IMG/VR virus record: IMGVR_UViG_3300005046_000005
Coordinates: 1,745 to 65,744 of that record
Direction: 5' to 3' (one strand)
DNA: 64,000 nt
Source: a virus
Lineage: Duplodnaviria > Caudoviricetes
Shown here: one piece after another, positions 37,435 through 46,300 of the stretch
How positions within the stretch are numbered: the first letter of the stretch is position 1
How the letters are laid out: each line of letters opens with the position of its first letter
Program-made: the position numbers and the translations under genes
The notes under the pieces: generated by a model
The model's input: the letters and a program-made list of their open reading frames with translations, nothing else
The model's database searches: none
Told to the model about the DNA's origin: nothing

Positions 37435-37851
37435 ATGCAAGTAAAGATTCAAGAGACGAAAGAGTTCTCGTTCCAAGGGTTTACCCTTAAAGTGACCTTT
37501 GCAAAACCAGAAACTACGTTTGACTGTGACCGTATGACTTGGTTAGCTGATGTTGTGGATGCAGCAGGCAATATTGATAAAATGTTTAATGCTTATGATA
37601 TTAACAATCTTTGTTATCAAGTCCAAAGTCACTTCTTAACAAAGGAGGGGCTAACCTTACAGCCATTTGCCATCTTTACTTGCGTAGAGCATGTCCGAAA
37701 CTCGTTGAACTGCTATATCTCTCAAGCGAAGTATCATGCGCAGTATCCTGACCGCAACCCAGTGCAGACAGTAGCAAATAAAATCTACGTGGAACGTTTG
37801 GGAGATGAAGATTGGGCGAAGAACGGACACAAACATCCTTGCCTTTACTAA
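37435..37851 (+). CDS. Hypothetical protein
   Basis: Last gene of the rightward block. Confidence 0.65.
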   Translation: MQVKIQETKEFSFQGFTLKVTFAKPETTFDCDRMTWLADVVDAAGNIDKMFNAYDINNLCYQVQSHFLTKEGLTLQPFAIFTCVEHVRNSLNCYISQAKYHAQYPDRNPVQTVANKIYVERLGDEDWAKNGHKHPCLY

Positions 37852-37863
37852 ACTACAGGCAAT

Positions 37864-37925
37864 AAAAAAGAGAGCCGAAGCTCTCTGAGGAAATAAGGGG
37901 GTGCAGCAATGCATTCCCTTTCTTT
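37864..37925. terminator. Pair of convergent intrinsic terminators
   Basis: AGAGAGC-CGAA-GCTCTCT preceded by an A run (minus strand); GGGGGTGCA-GCAA-TGCATTCCC followed by a T run (plus strand). Confidence 0.75.
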
Positions 37926-37929
37926 GTTT

Positions 37930-38442
37930 TTATTCTTTGTTCAATTCATCTACCAGCTTATTGTAAGACTCTACTGCTTGGCCTTCTGCGAGTCTGTGCT
38001 TGTCAGCTGTTTCTGCCATCCCTGCATATCTTGCTGAGCAATCTTCGAATAACTCTGAGACGGAGTTGGAATAGCTATCAGCTGCTTCAGGGGTATTGAC
38101 TGCTTTACTGTGCTGCTGGGCTTGCTTAAGTTGCTTGTGCAAGCTTGTAAGAGCATCACCAGACTTAGCAACATCATGCTGAAGCTCACGGATCTTTTCA
38201 TCATATTTTACCTCAATCTCATGTTGCTGTTTGACAATTTCTAAAGCCTTGGCTTTCTTAGCCGCTTCATTTTTAATATTCTGATTCTCAACATCCTGAA
38301 CATACTTGTCATATTCAAGCTTCAAGATTTCCTTTTCATTTCCTACAGTGTACAGGCCAGCTGTACAAGTCAGAAGTAAGCAAGAGAGGATAGCAATCAG
38401 AATCAGCTTCCACTCTTTTAAAGCAACGATTAAATAAATCAC
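37930..38442 (-). CDS. Inner-membrane spanin (Rz-like)
   Basis: N-terminal TM segment, periplasmic coiled coil, follows the endolysin. Confidence 0.7.
   Translation of the reverse strand: MIYLIVALKEWKLILIAILSCLLLTCTAGLYTVGNEKEILKLEYDKYVQDVENQNIKNEAAKKAKALEIVKQQHEIEVKYDEKIRELQHDVAKSGDALTSLHKQLKQAQQHSKAVNTPEAADSYSNSVSELFEDCSARYAGMAETADKHRLAEGQAVESYNKLVDELNKE
37971..38204 (-). CDS. Embedded outer-membrane spanin (Rz1-like lipoprotein)
   Basis: +1 frame inside the i-spanin; GAGGT RBS; MMKR...LLQAC signal/lipobox; Pro/Ser-rich mature part. Confidence 0.7.
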   Translation of the reverse strand: MMKRSVSFSMMLLSLVMLLQACTSNLSKPSSTVKQSIPLKQLIAIPTPSQSYSKIAQQDMQGWQKQLTSTDSQKAKQ

Positions 38443-38457
38443 TATCCTTTCCTCTTG

Positions 38458-39000
38458 TTAGTAAGACCGCAGAGCCTTCTCAAAGATCCGAGCTTCACCT
38501 GCAATCTTTTCAGCTTTATCAGAACCGTTGATAACGGCTCTAGCTGCTTCGTAGTCGCGTTTTGTCTTTGTAACGTAGTCAGATAGCTTAAGGGTAGTAA
38601 ACCAGCCCTCTAAGCTCCCTACAACGATAATCTCAGCTGCATAAGCAGGCTCTTGTGCCAAAAATGGATTCTTCAGCATTGCATCGCCTAAACCTAGCTT
38701 CTGACCAGCCTTCTTGTAATTGTAATCCCAAGTCAGCTGAACATAGCCTCTGCCGTAGTAAGGGTAATAGTGCAGATTCTTCTGACGCCACGCTTCAGAC
38801 AGCCAGTAAGCTTCAATCACTGGCAGCATGGTTCTATTTGTCTCATGCCACGCTGTAGCTAACACGTAAGCAGCTTGGTTGTATTCAAGCTTATGTTTCT
38901 CGCAAGCTTGAACCAAAGTGTTAATTGACTTTACTTGCTGAGTGCTGAGCTTCCCGAAAGCTTCTCGGAGGATGTCAAACCCTCCAGCTGTCATTTTCAT
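38458..39000 (-). CDS. Endolysin, glycoside hydrolase family 19
   Basis: YVLATAWHET, YYGRGYVQLTW..NY and AR.VING.D. Confidence 0.9.
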   Translation of the reverse strand: MKMTAGGFDILREAFGKLSTQQVKSINTLVQACEKHKLEYNQAAYVLATAWHETNRTMLPVIEAYWLSEAWRQKNLHYYPYYGRGYVQLTWDYNYKKAGQKLGLGDAMLKNPFLAQEPAYAAEIIVVGSLEGWFTTLKLSDYVTKTKRDYEAARAVINGSDKAEKIAGEARIFEKALRSY

Positions 39001-39009
39001 AGATACCTC

Positions 39010-39266
39010 TTATTTATCTAAGTTGATGCCTAGTTTGTTGCCGATCCATTTGCTGACCAGCGCTGTTCCTTTGTAACCAACCATACCGCCTACAAGGACG
39101 CCTACACCTTCTGGGATATTCATAAAGCTAAGCGAGAACCAGATGCCATAAGCAAACAGTCCGCACATTACAGCCTCCAGCCAGTCTACCTTTCCTGTAG
39201 CTTTAGCTGTTCTGAACACTGCCATAAGCACTGCCATGACCACGCATCATTTAAATTTTCTTGCAT
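39010..39266 (-). CDS. Holin; the RBS-bearing ATG at 39266 is out of frame with the TM-coding ORF 39010..39243
   Basis: TM helices, DWLEAVMCG and a basic C-terminus; directly upstream of the endolysin. Confidence 0.7.
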
Positions 39267-39279
39267 AATCGCTCCCTAA

Positions 39280-39903
39280 TTAACAAAACACAGATAAAGA
39301 ACAAATCGATGGGTCAAATACACCAATTGTGTTATCCCCCCCATATGTTGCCTGCAATGTGATCGATGTATTTGTTTGTGACACTATACCAAAGTCTGCT
39401 CCCGCTCCGATATAAGACATTGTTGTTTGTGGAGCGTAATTATCGTCAGGCATTGATACTATAAAATTTATAGTGTAATTACCAACACCATTACGTACAA
39501 CCGACATGACATTTCCTTGATTTCGGATAGCGCCTGTTGCCCCGTTAAAGTTTACCCAAGCCCTACATCCGTATACAGGAGGATTTCCTGTTATTGTAAT
39601 TGCTGATTTATCTAACTTACTATCATTCAAGATTTTAGCTTGAGCAGCTGTTGCAGCTTGGTTGGTGTTTGTAGAAGTTAATGTGTTATTAAACAAACCT
39701 GTAGCGTTGATAACACCAATAACAGTACCGTCTTTCTTAAGTAAAGCGTTAGCTCTTGCGGCTACAGGAAAACCACCTGCTGTAGTGCCATCATGCACAA
39801 CAAGCATTTTCTTATCTGTGTCCACTGTTACTTCACCGTTTGCACCTGTAAAGGTATTGTGCTGGGCGGTTGTCCCTCTACGCAGTTGTAAGCGTTTTGC
39901 CAT
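39280..39903 (-). CDS. Tail fibre / receptor-binding protein with an Mtd-N-like N-terminus
   Basis: LQLRRGTTAQH..FTG..GEVTVDTDK..LVVHDG.T.GG; C-terminal CRAWVNFNG module. Confidence 0.75.
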   Translation of the reverse strand: MAKRLQLRRGTTAQHNTFTGANGEVTVDTDKKMLVVHDGTTAGGFPVAARANALLKKDGTVIGVINATGLFNNTLTSTNTNQAATAAQAKILNDSKLDKSAITITGNPPVYGCRAWVNFNGATGAIRNQGNVMSVVRNGVGNYTINFIVSMPDDNYAPQTTMSYIGAGADFGIVSQTNTSITLQATYGGDNTIGVFDPSICSLSVFC

Positions 39904-39914
39904 AGTGTTTTCCT

Positions 39915-40523
39915 TTAATTTGTGATAGTTGCATCGGTGATTGTGTTGGCGTCAATCGTTTCAGTGATCGTTGCATCGGAGATCAGGCCACAATCGTCGT
40001 CATTGAAACAGTGCGAGTGAATTGTGCTTAAGTTTGTATTTAAGCTAGTTCCAGAAGTGATCACAGAGTTTGTGAAAGCATCTGCTGTAGTGTTGAATGC
40101 AGCGAGAGCTTGAGTCCTTGCAGGAGCTGCTGATAAGGCTGGAACTGTTGTACGGTTTGCATCTGAAGAAGAACTTCCTTGCTGTGCAATCATGGCATCT
40201 GCATAAGCCCCTACATCATTGCTAACTGAGCTGCTGCTGGTTAATGCAGCGTAGAACGTATCCACTGCACTGACATAAACAACACCTGTTCCTGTAGGTT
40301 TGGTGAACGTAGGGTTGACTGGGAGAGTCGGGTTGACTTCACCGATTAGACCGCAGTTCCATTTGTTCGGGTATTTTGTGTTAATGTAAGTTAACAGAGT
40401 GTTATGCTGAGTCCTGAACGTAGGCAGCGCTTGCAGGAACAAGGCTGCTTGGTTTACGAAGTTGACTGGGTTAGAGACTTTAGAAGGAGCATGAGGTAAG
40501 ACTGTAACTGGTGCATAAGGCAT
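39915..40523 (-). CDS. Minor tail protein (start MPYAPV)
   Basis: Position; APxR...F internal repeat. Confidence 0.6.
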   Translation of the reverse strand: MPYAPVTVLPHAPSKVSNPVNFVNQAALFLQALPTFRTQHNTLLTYINTKYPNKWNCGLIGEVNPTLPVNPTFTKPTGTGVVYVSAVDTFYAALTSSSSVSNDVGAYADAMIAQQGSSSSDANRTTVPALSAAPARTQALAAFNTTADAFTNSVITSGTSLNTNLSTIHSHCFNDDDCGLISDATITETIDANTITDATITN

Positions 40524-41416
40524 TAAATTAAACCCTCCACTCTTAATGTGCATTTACTTACTGTAGGGAAGGAGATAGTTGCTTTGAAATCATTGTAGAA
40601 GCCAAATACAACCAGTTCTTCCATCTCTGGGTTTCCGATAAACACGGAAGGAACACTGTCAATATCTGCGAAGTATCTTTGAACTTCAGCAAGCTTGTAA
40701 TTGTCAATGTCTAAATCATATTCTGCGAACTTGGAGTTCTTTCTTTTAACAATCTTAACGTTACCAAACTCGTCCACTTCCTTACGGCTGAATGATTTGA
40801 TACCAATCGCTGTTCCATAGTTGGTGCGTCCGATAACCATTTGCTGACCGTAAACCACTTCCCCAACTTCTGCTAAGGCGCTTCCGCTGTTAATGGTTAC
40901 GTCAATCGTAGCTGTCGGGTATGAAGGGAGATCCAAGAATAATGCTGAGATCTTCTTAACACCTACTGGCGCGAAGAAATAGCTGTAGTAGTCGATCACG
41001 TCATCTACACTAGACAAGACTTGTGTCTGGTCATAAACAACTCCCGCTACTGGATCTGTCATCACTACGCGGACTGAAGTTGCGTTAACGTTAAGAAACA
41101 CAATGCTGTCTACAACTTGGCTTGGTGTTAGTGTAAAGCTGATACCGCCCATTCTGCTTGATTCATTTGAAATGATGTTGTCAAACATGCGGTAGCGGTT
41201 TGTTGCCCCGATTCCCATCCAGTTGACTAGATCAAGATCAGGTGTAGTTGTTTTGCCTGAGTGTGTTACCACAGCTTCATAGATCTTGTGCTGGTAGATA
41301 ACCCGCGTTGTAGCTGTGTATGAAGCTGCGCTAACCCAAGTTGAATACTCGTTTTCAGGAATATTACTGCTTGTCAGGATCGCATCGGTTGTGGTGATGC
41401 TTTTAATAACTCTCAT
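40523..41416 (-). CDS. Minor tail protein with a CBM-like N-terminal segment (distal-tail candidate)
   Basis: Follows the tape measure; W....Y.....V...H..Y segment. Confidence 0.65.
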   Translation of the reverse strand: MRVIKSITTTDAILTSSNIPENEYSTWVSAASYTATTRVIYQHKIYEAVVTHSGKTTTPDLDLVNWMGIGATNRYRMFDNIISNESSRMGGISFTLTPSQVVDSIVFLNVNATSVRVVMTDPVAGVVYDQTQVLSSVDDVIDYYSYFFAPVGVKKISALFLDLPSYPTATIDVTINSGSALAEVGEVVYGQQMVIGRTNYGTAIGIKSFSRKEVDEFGNVKIVKRKNSKFAEYDLDIDNYKLAEVQRYFADIDSVPSVFIGNPEMEELVVFGFYNDFKATISFPTVSKCTLRVEGLI

Positions 41417-41499
41417 CTAGCTTCCTTTGTAATAATTCAAGAAACGGTTAATCGGGTAATTCTGGAGAAGGCACTGCCGAAGCAATGCCCTCTTACTTG

Positions 41500-43365
41500 T
41501 TATGGGATGACTTTAACTGGAACTGTTTCACCAGTATCTTGATCTACGCGGACATTCATTCTGTCGCCATAATCCCAACGTTCAAGTCTGTTTGCAGTGT
41601 CTTGTGTGTACTTGGCTACTGCTGTGATAGCGGTAATCATGTCTTCACGTAAAGCATCCAGCTTAGCGTCAGTTGCAGTGTTAGTTGTCGCAAGGACAGT
41701 ATCAGTTGCATTGTTGATTAATGGGTTCAGTTTCGGTGTTGTGTAGCCAAGGCCAGCTTCCTGAGCGTCTGCACTAGCAGAAGCAGCTCTTTGGATCAGA
41801 GCTAAGTCTCTTGCGTATTCGCTGCCATCTACAGAATACTGCTTGCTTAAAGACATTAAATCTTTACCAAGAGTCAGAAGCTTTTCAGCTGCTGCTGTAT
41901 CACCTTGCATAGCTAACAGAGATTGAGTGTTGAACTCGTTTCTCAGGTAGTCTAGGTTTGATGGTTGGTTTGTTTCACCTCTTGCAGCTCTTGCTTGGTC
42001 AGCAAGGTCGCGCAGAGATTTGACAAGAGCGTTTACATCTGAGTTGGCATCATTGATAGCATCTTGTAAGTCGTTAAACTCTGGAGCTAGTGCAATGATT
42101 TGACCGTAAAGTTTCTGACCAGCTTCTGTGCTGATGTCGATGCCGCTGATTAAAGCTCTGAACGCTTTGGTATCCGCTGGTAATTCCTTACCAAAGATAG
42201 AAAATTCGTTAGTCAGTCTTCTTGTCAGTTCAGCTGCTTGTTCAGCAGGAGAAAGCATTTCGAAATAAGCATCAAGGCCATTTGATAGGTTTCCAAGTCC
42301 GCCTGCACCTAAGATCATTGAAGAAGTTAAGTAGTCGGCATTCTTACCAGTCATGAACAGCTGATCTTGCAAATCACGTAGAGTGAAGATGAAGTCAGTT
42401 AATTCACCAGCTGTACCGTCAAACGCAGAGATCAGGTCGTAAACACCACCTTTGATGTCTTTTGTACCTTCAGTAAGCAGAACAGATTGTCTTACGATCT
42501 CAGCAGCTACATCACCTTGCTTGTTCAGCAGGTCAGTATAGTTGACTGTAGACACATGAAGTCTGTCTGTGTAGTAGGCCGCTTCTTCCACCCCAGTTGC
42601 TACACGTACCAATGTTTCATAGTACCCTTCACCGACTTTCTGGAAATCGTCTAACCCAGCTACTGCTTCTTTAGCTACAATATCGGCTTGTTGACCGATT
42701 ACACCTTCAAGCAGTTCTTGAATCTCTTTACCAGTCTTACCTTGAGTGTTGATCTTTCCTAACGTGATGTTAGAAGAAAGTAACTTCTCAATAGTTTGAG
42801 ATTCATCACGACCAAGCGCACCAGAAGCAGCAAGGATGCTGTCGAACACACCTCCAAAGATTAAGCTGAACTGATTTTCAAGTTCTGCGCTTGCTTCTTT
42901 GAACACTGTGCTGTTGCTTGACTTGCTTCCGAACCAAGACTTCTTAGTGGTTGTAACATCTGCGAACTCATGAAGCTGCATACCACCGCTTAGGATTGAC
43001 CCAAGGGTTTGAGTGCCACCGTAAATACCAGATCCTGTCACTTCTTGAGACACTTTACCGAAGATTCCGCCTAAAAGCTTACCGATGATATTGCTACCAA
43101 GGTTAAGTTTTAGAAGTCTTCCAGTCAGGACTTTCTCTACTGTTCCAGTGATCTTAGTGAATAAACCATGAGCTTTATCCAGTAAAGGATTAAGAGCTGC
43201 ATCTGAACCAAAGCTTGAAGCAAACCCGCTACCTGTTCCTTGACGGATTAACAGGTTGGCTACACCACCCATCGCACTCTCAATGTTTTGAACTGATCTC
43301 AACATTGCTGATGAAATTGGAAGTCCAAGTTCTGAGTTGTCAGCTAGGATGTCGATTGCATTTGC
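41500..43365 (-). CDS. C-terminal part of the tape measure protein, in a different frame from the N-terminal part
   Basis: Protein-like sequence starts at ANAIDILADNS; no RBS or plausible start of its own. Confidence 0.7.
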   Translation of the reverse strand, partial: ANAIDILADNSELGLPISSAMLRSVQNIESAMGGVANLLIRQGTGSGFASSFGSDAALNPLLDKAHGLFTKITGTVEKVLTGRLLKLNLGSNIIGKLLGGIFGKVSQEVTGSGIYGGTQTLGSILSGGMQLHEFADVTTTKKSWFGSKSSNSTVFKEASAELENQFSLIFGGVFDSILAASGALGRDESQTIEKLLSSNITLGKINTQGKTGKEIQELLEGVIGQQADIVAKEAVAGLDDFQKVGEGYYETLVRVATGVEEAAYYTDRLHVSTVNYTDLLNKQGDVAAEIVRQSVLLTEGTKDIKGGVYDLISAFDGTAGELTDFIFTLRDLQDQLFMTGKNADYLTSSMILGAGGLGNLSNGLDAYFEMLSPAEQAAELTRRLTNEFSIFGKELPADTKAFRALISGIDISTEAGQKLYGQIIALAPEFNDLQDAINDANSDVNALVKSLRDLADQARAARGETNQPSNLDYLRNEFNTQSLLAMQGDTAAAEKLLTLGKDLMSLSKQYSVDGSEYARDLALIQRAASASADAQEAGLGYTTPKLNPLINNATDTVLATTNTATDAKLDALREDMITAITAVAKYTQDTANRLERWDYGDRMNVRVDQDTGETVPVKVIP

Positions 43366-46300
43366 GAGTACCAGTGTTTTCAAAGCTTTGAGTACCACCA
43401 GAAGAACCTCCGAAGCTTCCGCTGATTGCAATACCCAGTCCTGCAACGATAGCCGCCATAGCCGCCATACGTCCGAATGCTGAGTACGGATCACCAGAAC
43501 CTTGAGTAAGGATCGCTTCTGTCCCTTTCGCTACGTTCACCGCAGATTGAGCTGCCACTTTCGTAGTTGCTCCAGTCACAAAGGCAATGGCCTCTTTAAC
43601 ATATCCGCCTAGAGTAAGCGCTAAGGTTTGGATCTTGTCTTTCTTTTCCCAGAGCATGAAGGCAATTTTCTTAGCTTGCATAGCTTGTTCTAAGATAGCG
43701 ATGGTTTTGTAACCTTTGCTGTTTTCTTTGAAGAAGCTTTTCGCAAGACCTAGACCTTGTGACCAAGCTTTATCTTGAGCGTTTGCTTTCTGATCCAGAT
43801 AGTCTTTTTCAACTGCTGCAAGGGCACTTACTTCTGCATTGATTTTCTTCACTGCTTCTTCGTTTCCGAACAGTTCAGGTGAAGCTGCTTTGGCTTTCAG
43901 AGCATCCATTTGAGATCCAATGATACCTAGGCTTTCATTCAGTTTAGTGTTGCCTGCGACAAACTCGTTAAGACCTTCTAGCGCAGTTTGGAATGGGTTT
44001 CCAAAGTCACCGAAGACAGAGAAATCAACTTTAGAGAAATCACCGAATGGCGTATCCTTTTCAGCTTCTTTCTTCTCAGCGTAGGCTTTCATGATATCTA
44101 AACGCTTACGTTCGATCTCCAGTGCCTTAGCAGCTTCTGGTTTGATGGTTGTGTAAGTGTTTTTGATGTCACGCAGAACTGCGCTTTCGCCTTCTAAGTA
44201 AGTTAGAACTCCAGCTGCATTCTGAGCAAGTTCTTTATCAAGGGCAACTTGATCCTGTTTGATCATCAAGCTTGTTGCAAGATGCAGAGACATCCCTTGA
44301 GTTGCACCAGCTAGTTCAGCCGCTGCGAGAGCAGCATTTGTATAGCCGTTTGCTGTAGCAGCTGCCAGTAAGCCACCTTCACGGTTTAGCGCGTTGATCT
44401 TAACCAGCGTATCTGCTTGAACCTGAGCAGCTTGAGCAAGCTTAACTTGCTTATCGTATTCAGCATCAAGATCATCAAGATCATCTGCCTTACCGCTTAG
44501 GCCACGAACCTTCGAAGTTTTCAGACGGAAGATTGCAGCTTCTAAATCATAACCTTGAGCTAACATTGTGTTGATAGCTGTTTGATCCTTGATCTGAGAT
44601 GCCATTGCATAATGTTGCTCGTAAGCTTCATTTGTTAATTGCAACTCTGCTGCTGCACGTCCTTTCGCATTGTCAGTGAATTTAGCTTGAACTAAAGCTC
44701 TCGCTTCATTAATGTTCAGGCCAAGGTTCATTAACGCAACCAGACGTTCTTGAGCTTCTGTTTCTTCTGCAAGAGACTTCATGTACTCTGCACGGGCTTC
44801 GATCTGAGACGCCTGACGTTGAAGTTCATACAGCTGTTTTGCTTGATCTAAGTTTGTACCAAAGGCGTTCTGATATTCTTTTTCACTTGCAATACGCGCT
44901 ACGTCAATGTTTTCAGCTTGTTCTAAAAGACTGATATACTTACTAAGTTCTTGCACTTGGTCAGTATAACGCTTCTTGTTCTTCTGCTTAGTGTTCCCAG
45001 CCTTATCAGCATCCTTCTCTGCTTTACGGAGAGACGCTGTGTAGTCAGACTGTTCTTTATCAGCTGCATCAAGTTCTTTAAAGCCTTTCGCAAGTTCCGC
45101 TGCTGTTTTCGCTTTAGCTTGTAACAGGTAGTTCTGAGCAGTTTGCAGACTGTTCGCTGCTGTTTTCCAGTTCGCTGCTGTTTTAGAATCACCACGGCCT
45201 GCCGCTTTCGCTTGCATATCTTCGTAGTAAGTCTTCTTGGCTGCTAGAGCTGTTTCTTTCGCACCGAATCGGTTAGTAAGTTCAGCTTGCAATTTAGCTG
45301 CTGACTGGATTTCAAGGCCATAAGATTTAGCAAGCTTTGTTGTTTCGCGCAGTTTCTTCGCTTGGTCTTCAAGACCTTTAGTGAAGGCATCTACACCAGT
45401 CTTAGCAAAGGCTGCTTTTTCACCTGACACTGCAATCTCTTGACGCATTTTAGCAATAAGATCTTTAGAGAAGCCTGCCTTTTCTCCAGCTTCTACAACT
45501 GACGCTGCATAGCTGCGAGTCTTCACTTTAGAGTCTTCTGACACGTAGCCTGCTTTAGAAACACTAGCAACCAGCTGTTCAACTGAAATGTTGCCTTGTT
45601 TATATTGCATTGCAAGATTAGCCATAGACTTAGCTTGCGCGCTTGTCATGTCATTGCTTCGGCTCAGGTTAAGCACGTTAGCAATCAGAGATTCTTTGCT
45701 GTCTTTGTAAGCAGCATTCAGCTCTTTTAAGTTTGCAACTTCTGAGTCTAAGGTAGACTGTTGTTTAACCTTGCTCAGTTCCTTGTATTTATCAATCGTA
45801 GCTTGGATTGATTCACCTTCCTGACGGAAAGATTCAGCTGTTGCCGCATTAGCCTTGTTGAAGAACAGGTAAGCTGCTGTTGCTGACACTACGGTTGCGA
45901 TAAGGCCAACCCATCCGCCTAAGAAAGCAAATGCTGTCTTAGCTAAGTTCCCTGCTGTTTGAGCTGCTGCACCAACTTGGATGTAAGCTGTAGTCAGGCG
46001 CTGCTGCATCACAATGCTTGTTGCTGCTGATTTGCTAACACCTAATTGAGATGCTGTTAAGGTAATGTTGGCTCTTGCTGCTTGGATAGCCGATGCTGCT
46101 GCAACAACATAGCCTGCAACTAGTTTACCACCTACAAGATAGATAAAGATCTCAAGGGCTTTACCTGCTGATTCAATCGTATCTTTGTTATCAGTAAACC
46201 ACTGTTTAACTGAGCTACCGAACTCTTTAGCTCCACCTGCTGCTGTCATCAAACCAGACGCAAGGTTCATCATCTGTGTTCCGAAGAACTGAGTGATTCC

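Noticed and set aside
39251-39257. -1 frameshift at A_AAT_TTA to rescue the holin
   Set aside because: The -1 frame reads AAA TGA directly after the site.
39280-39903. Diversity-generating retroelement target suggested by the Mtd-like N-terminus
   Set aside because: No reverse transcriptase and no template/variable repeat pair were seen; the C-terminus is not C-type-lectin-like.
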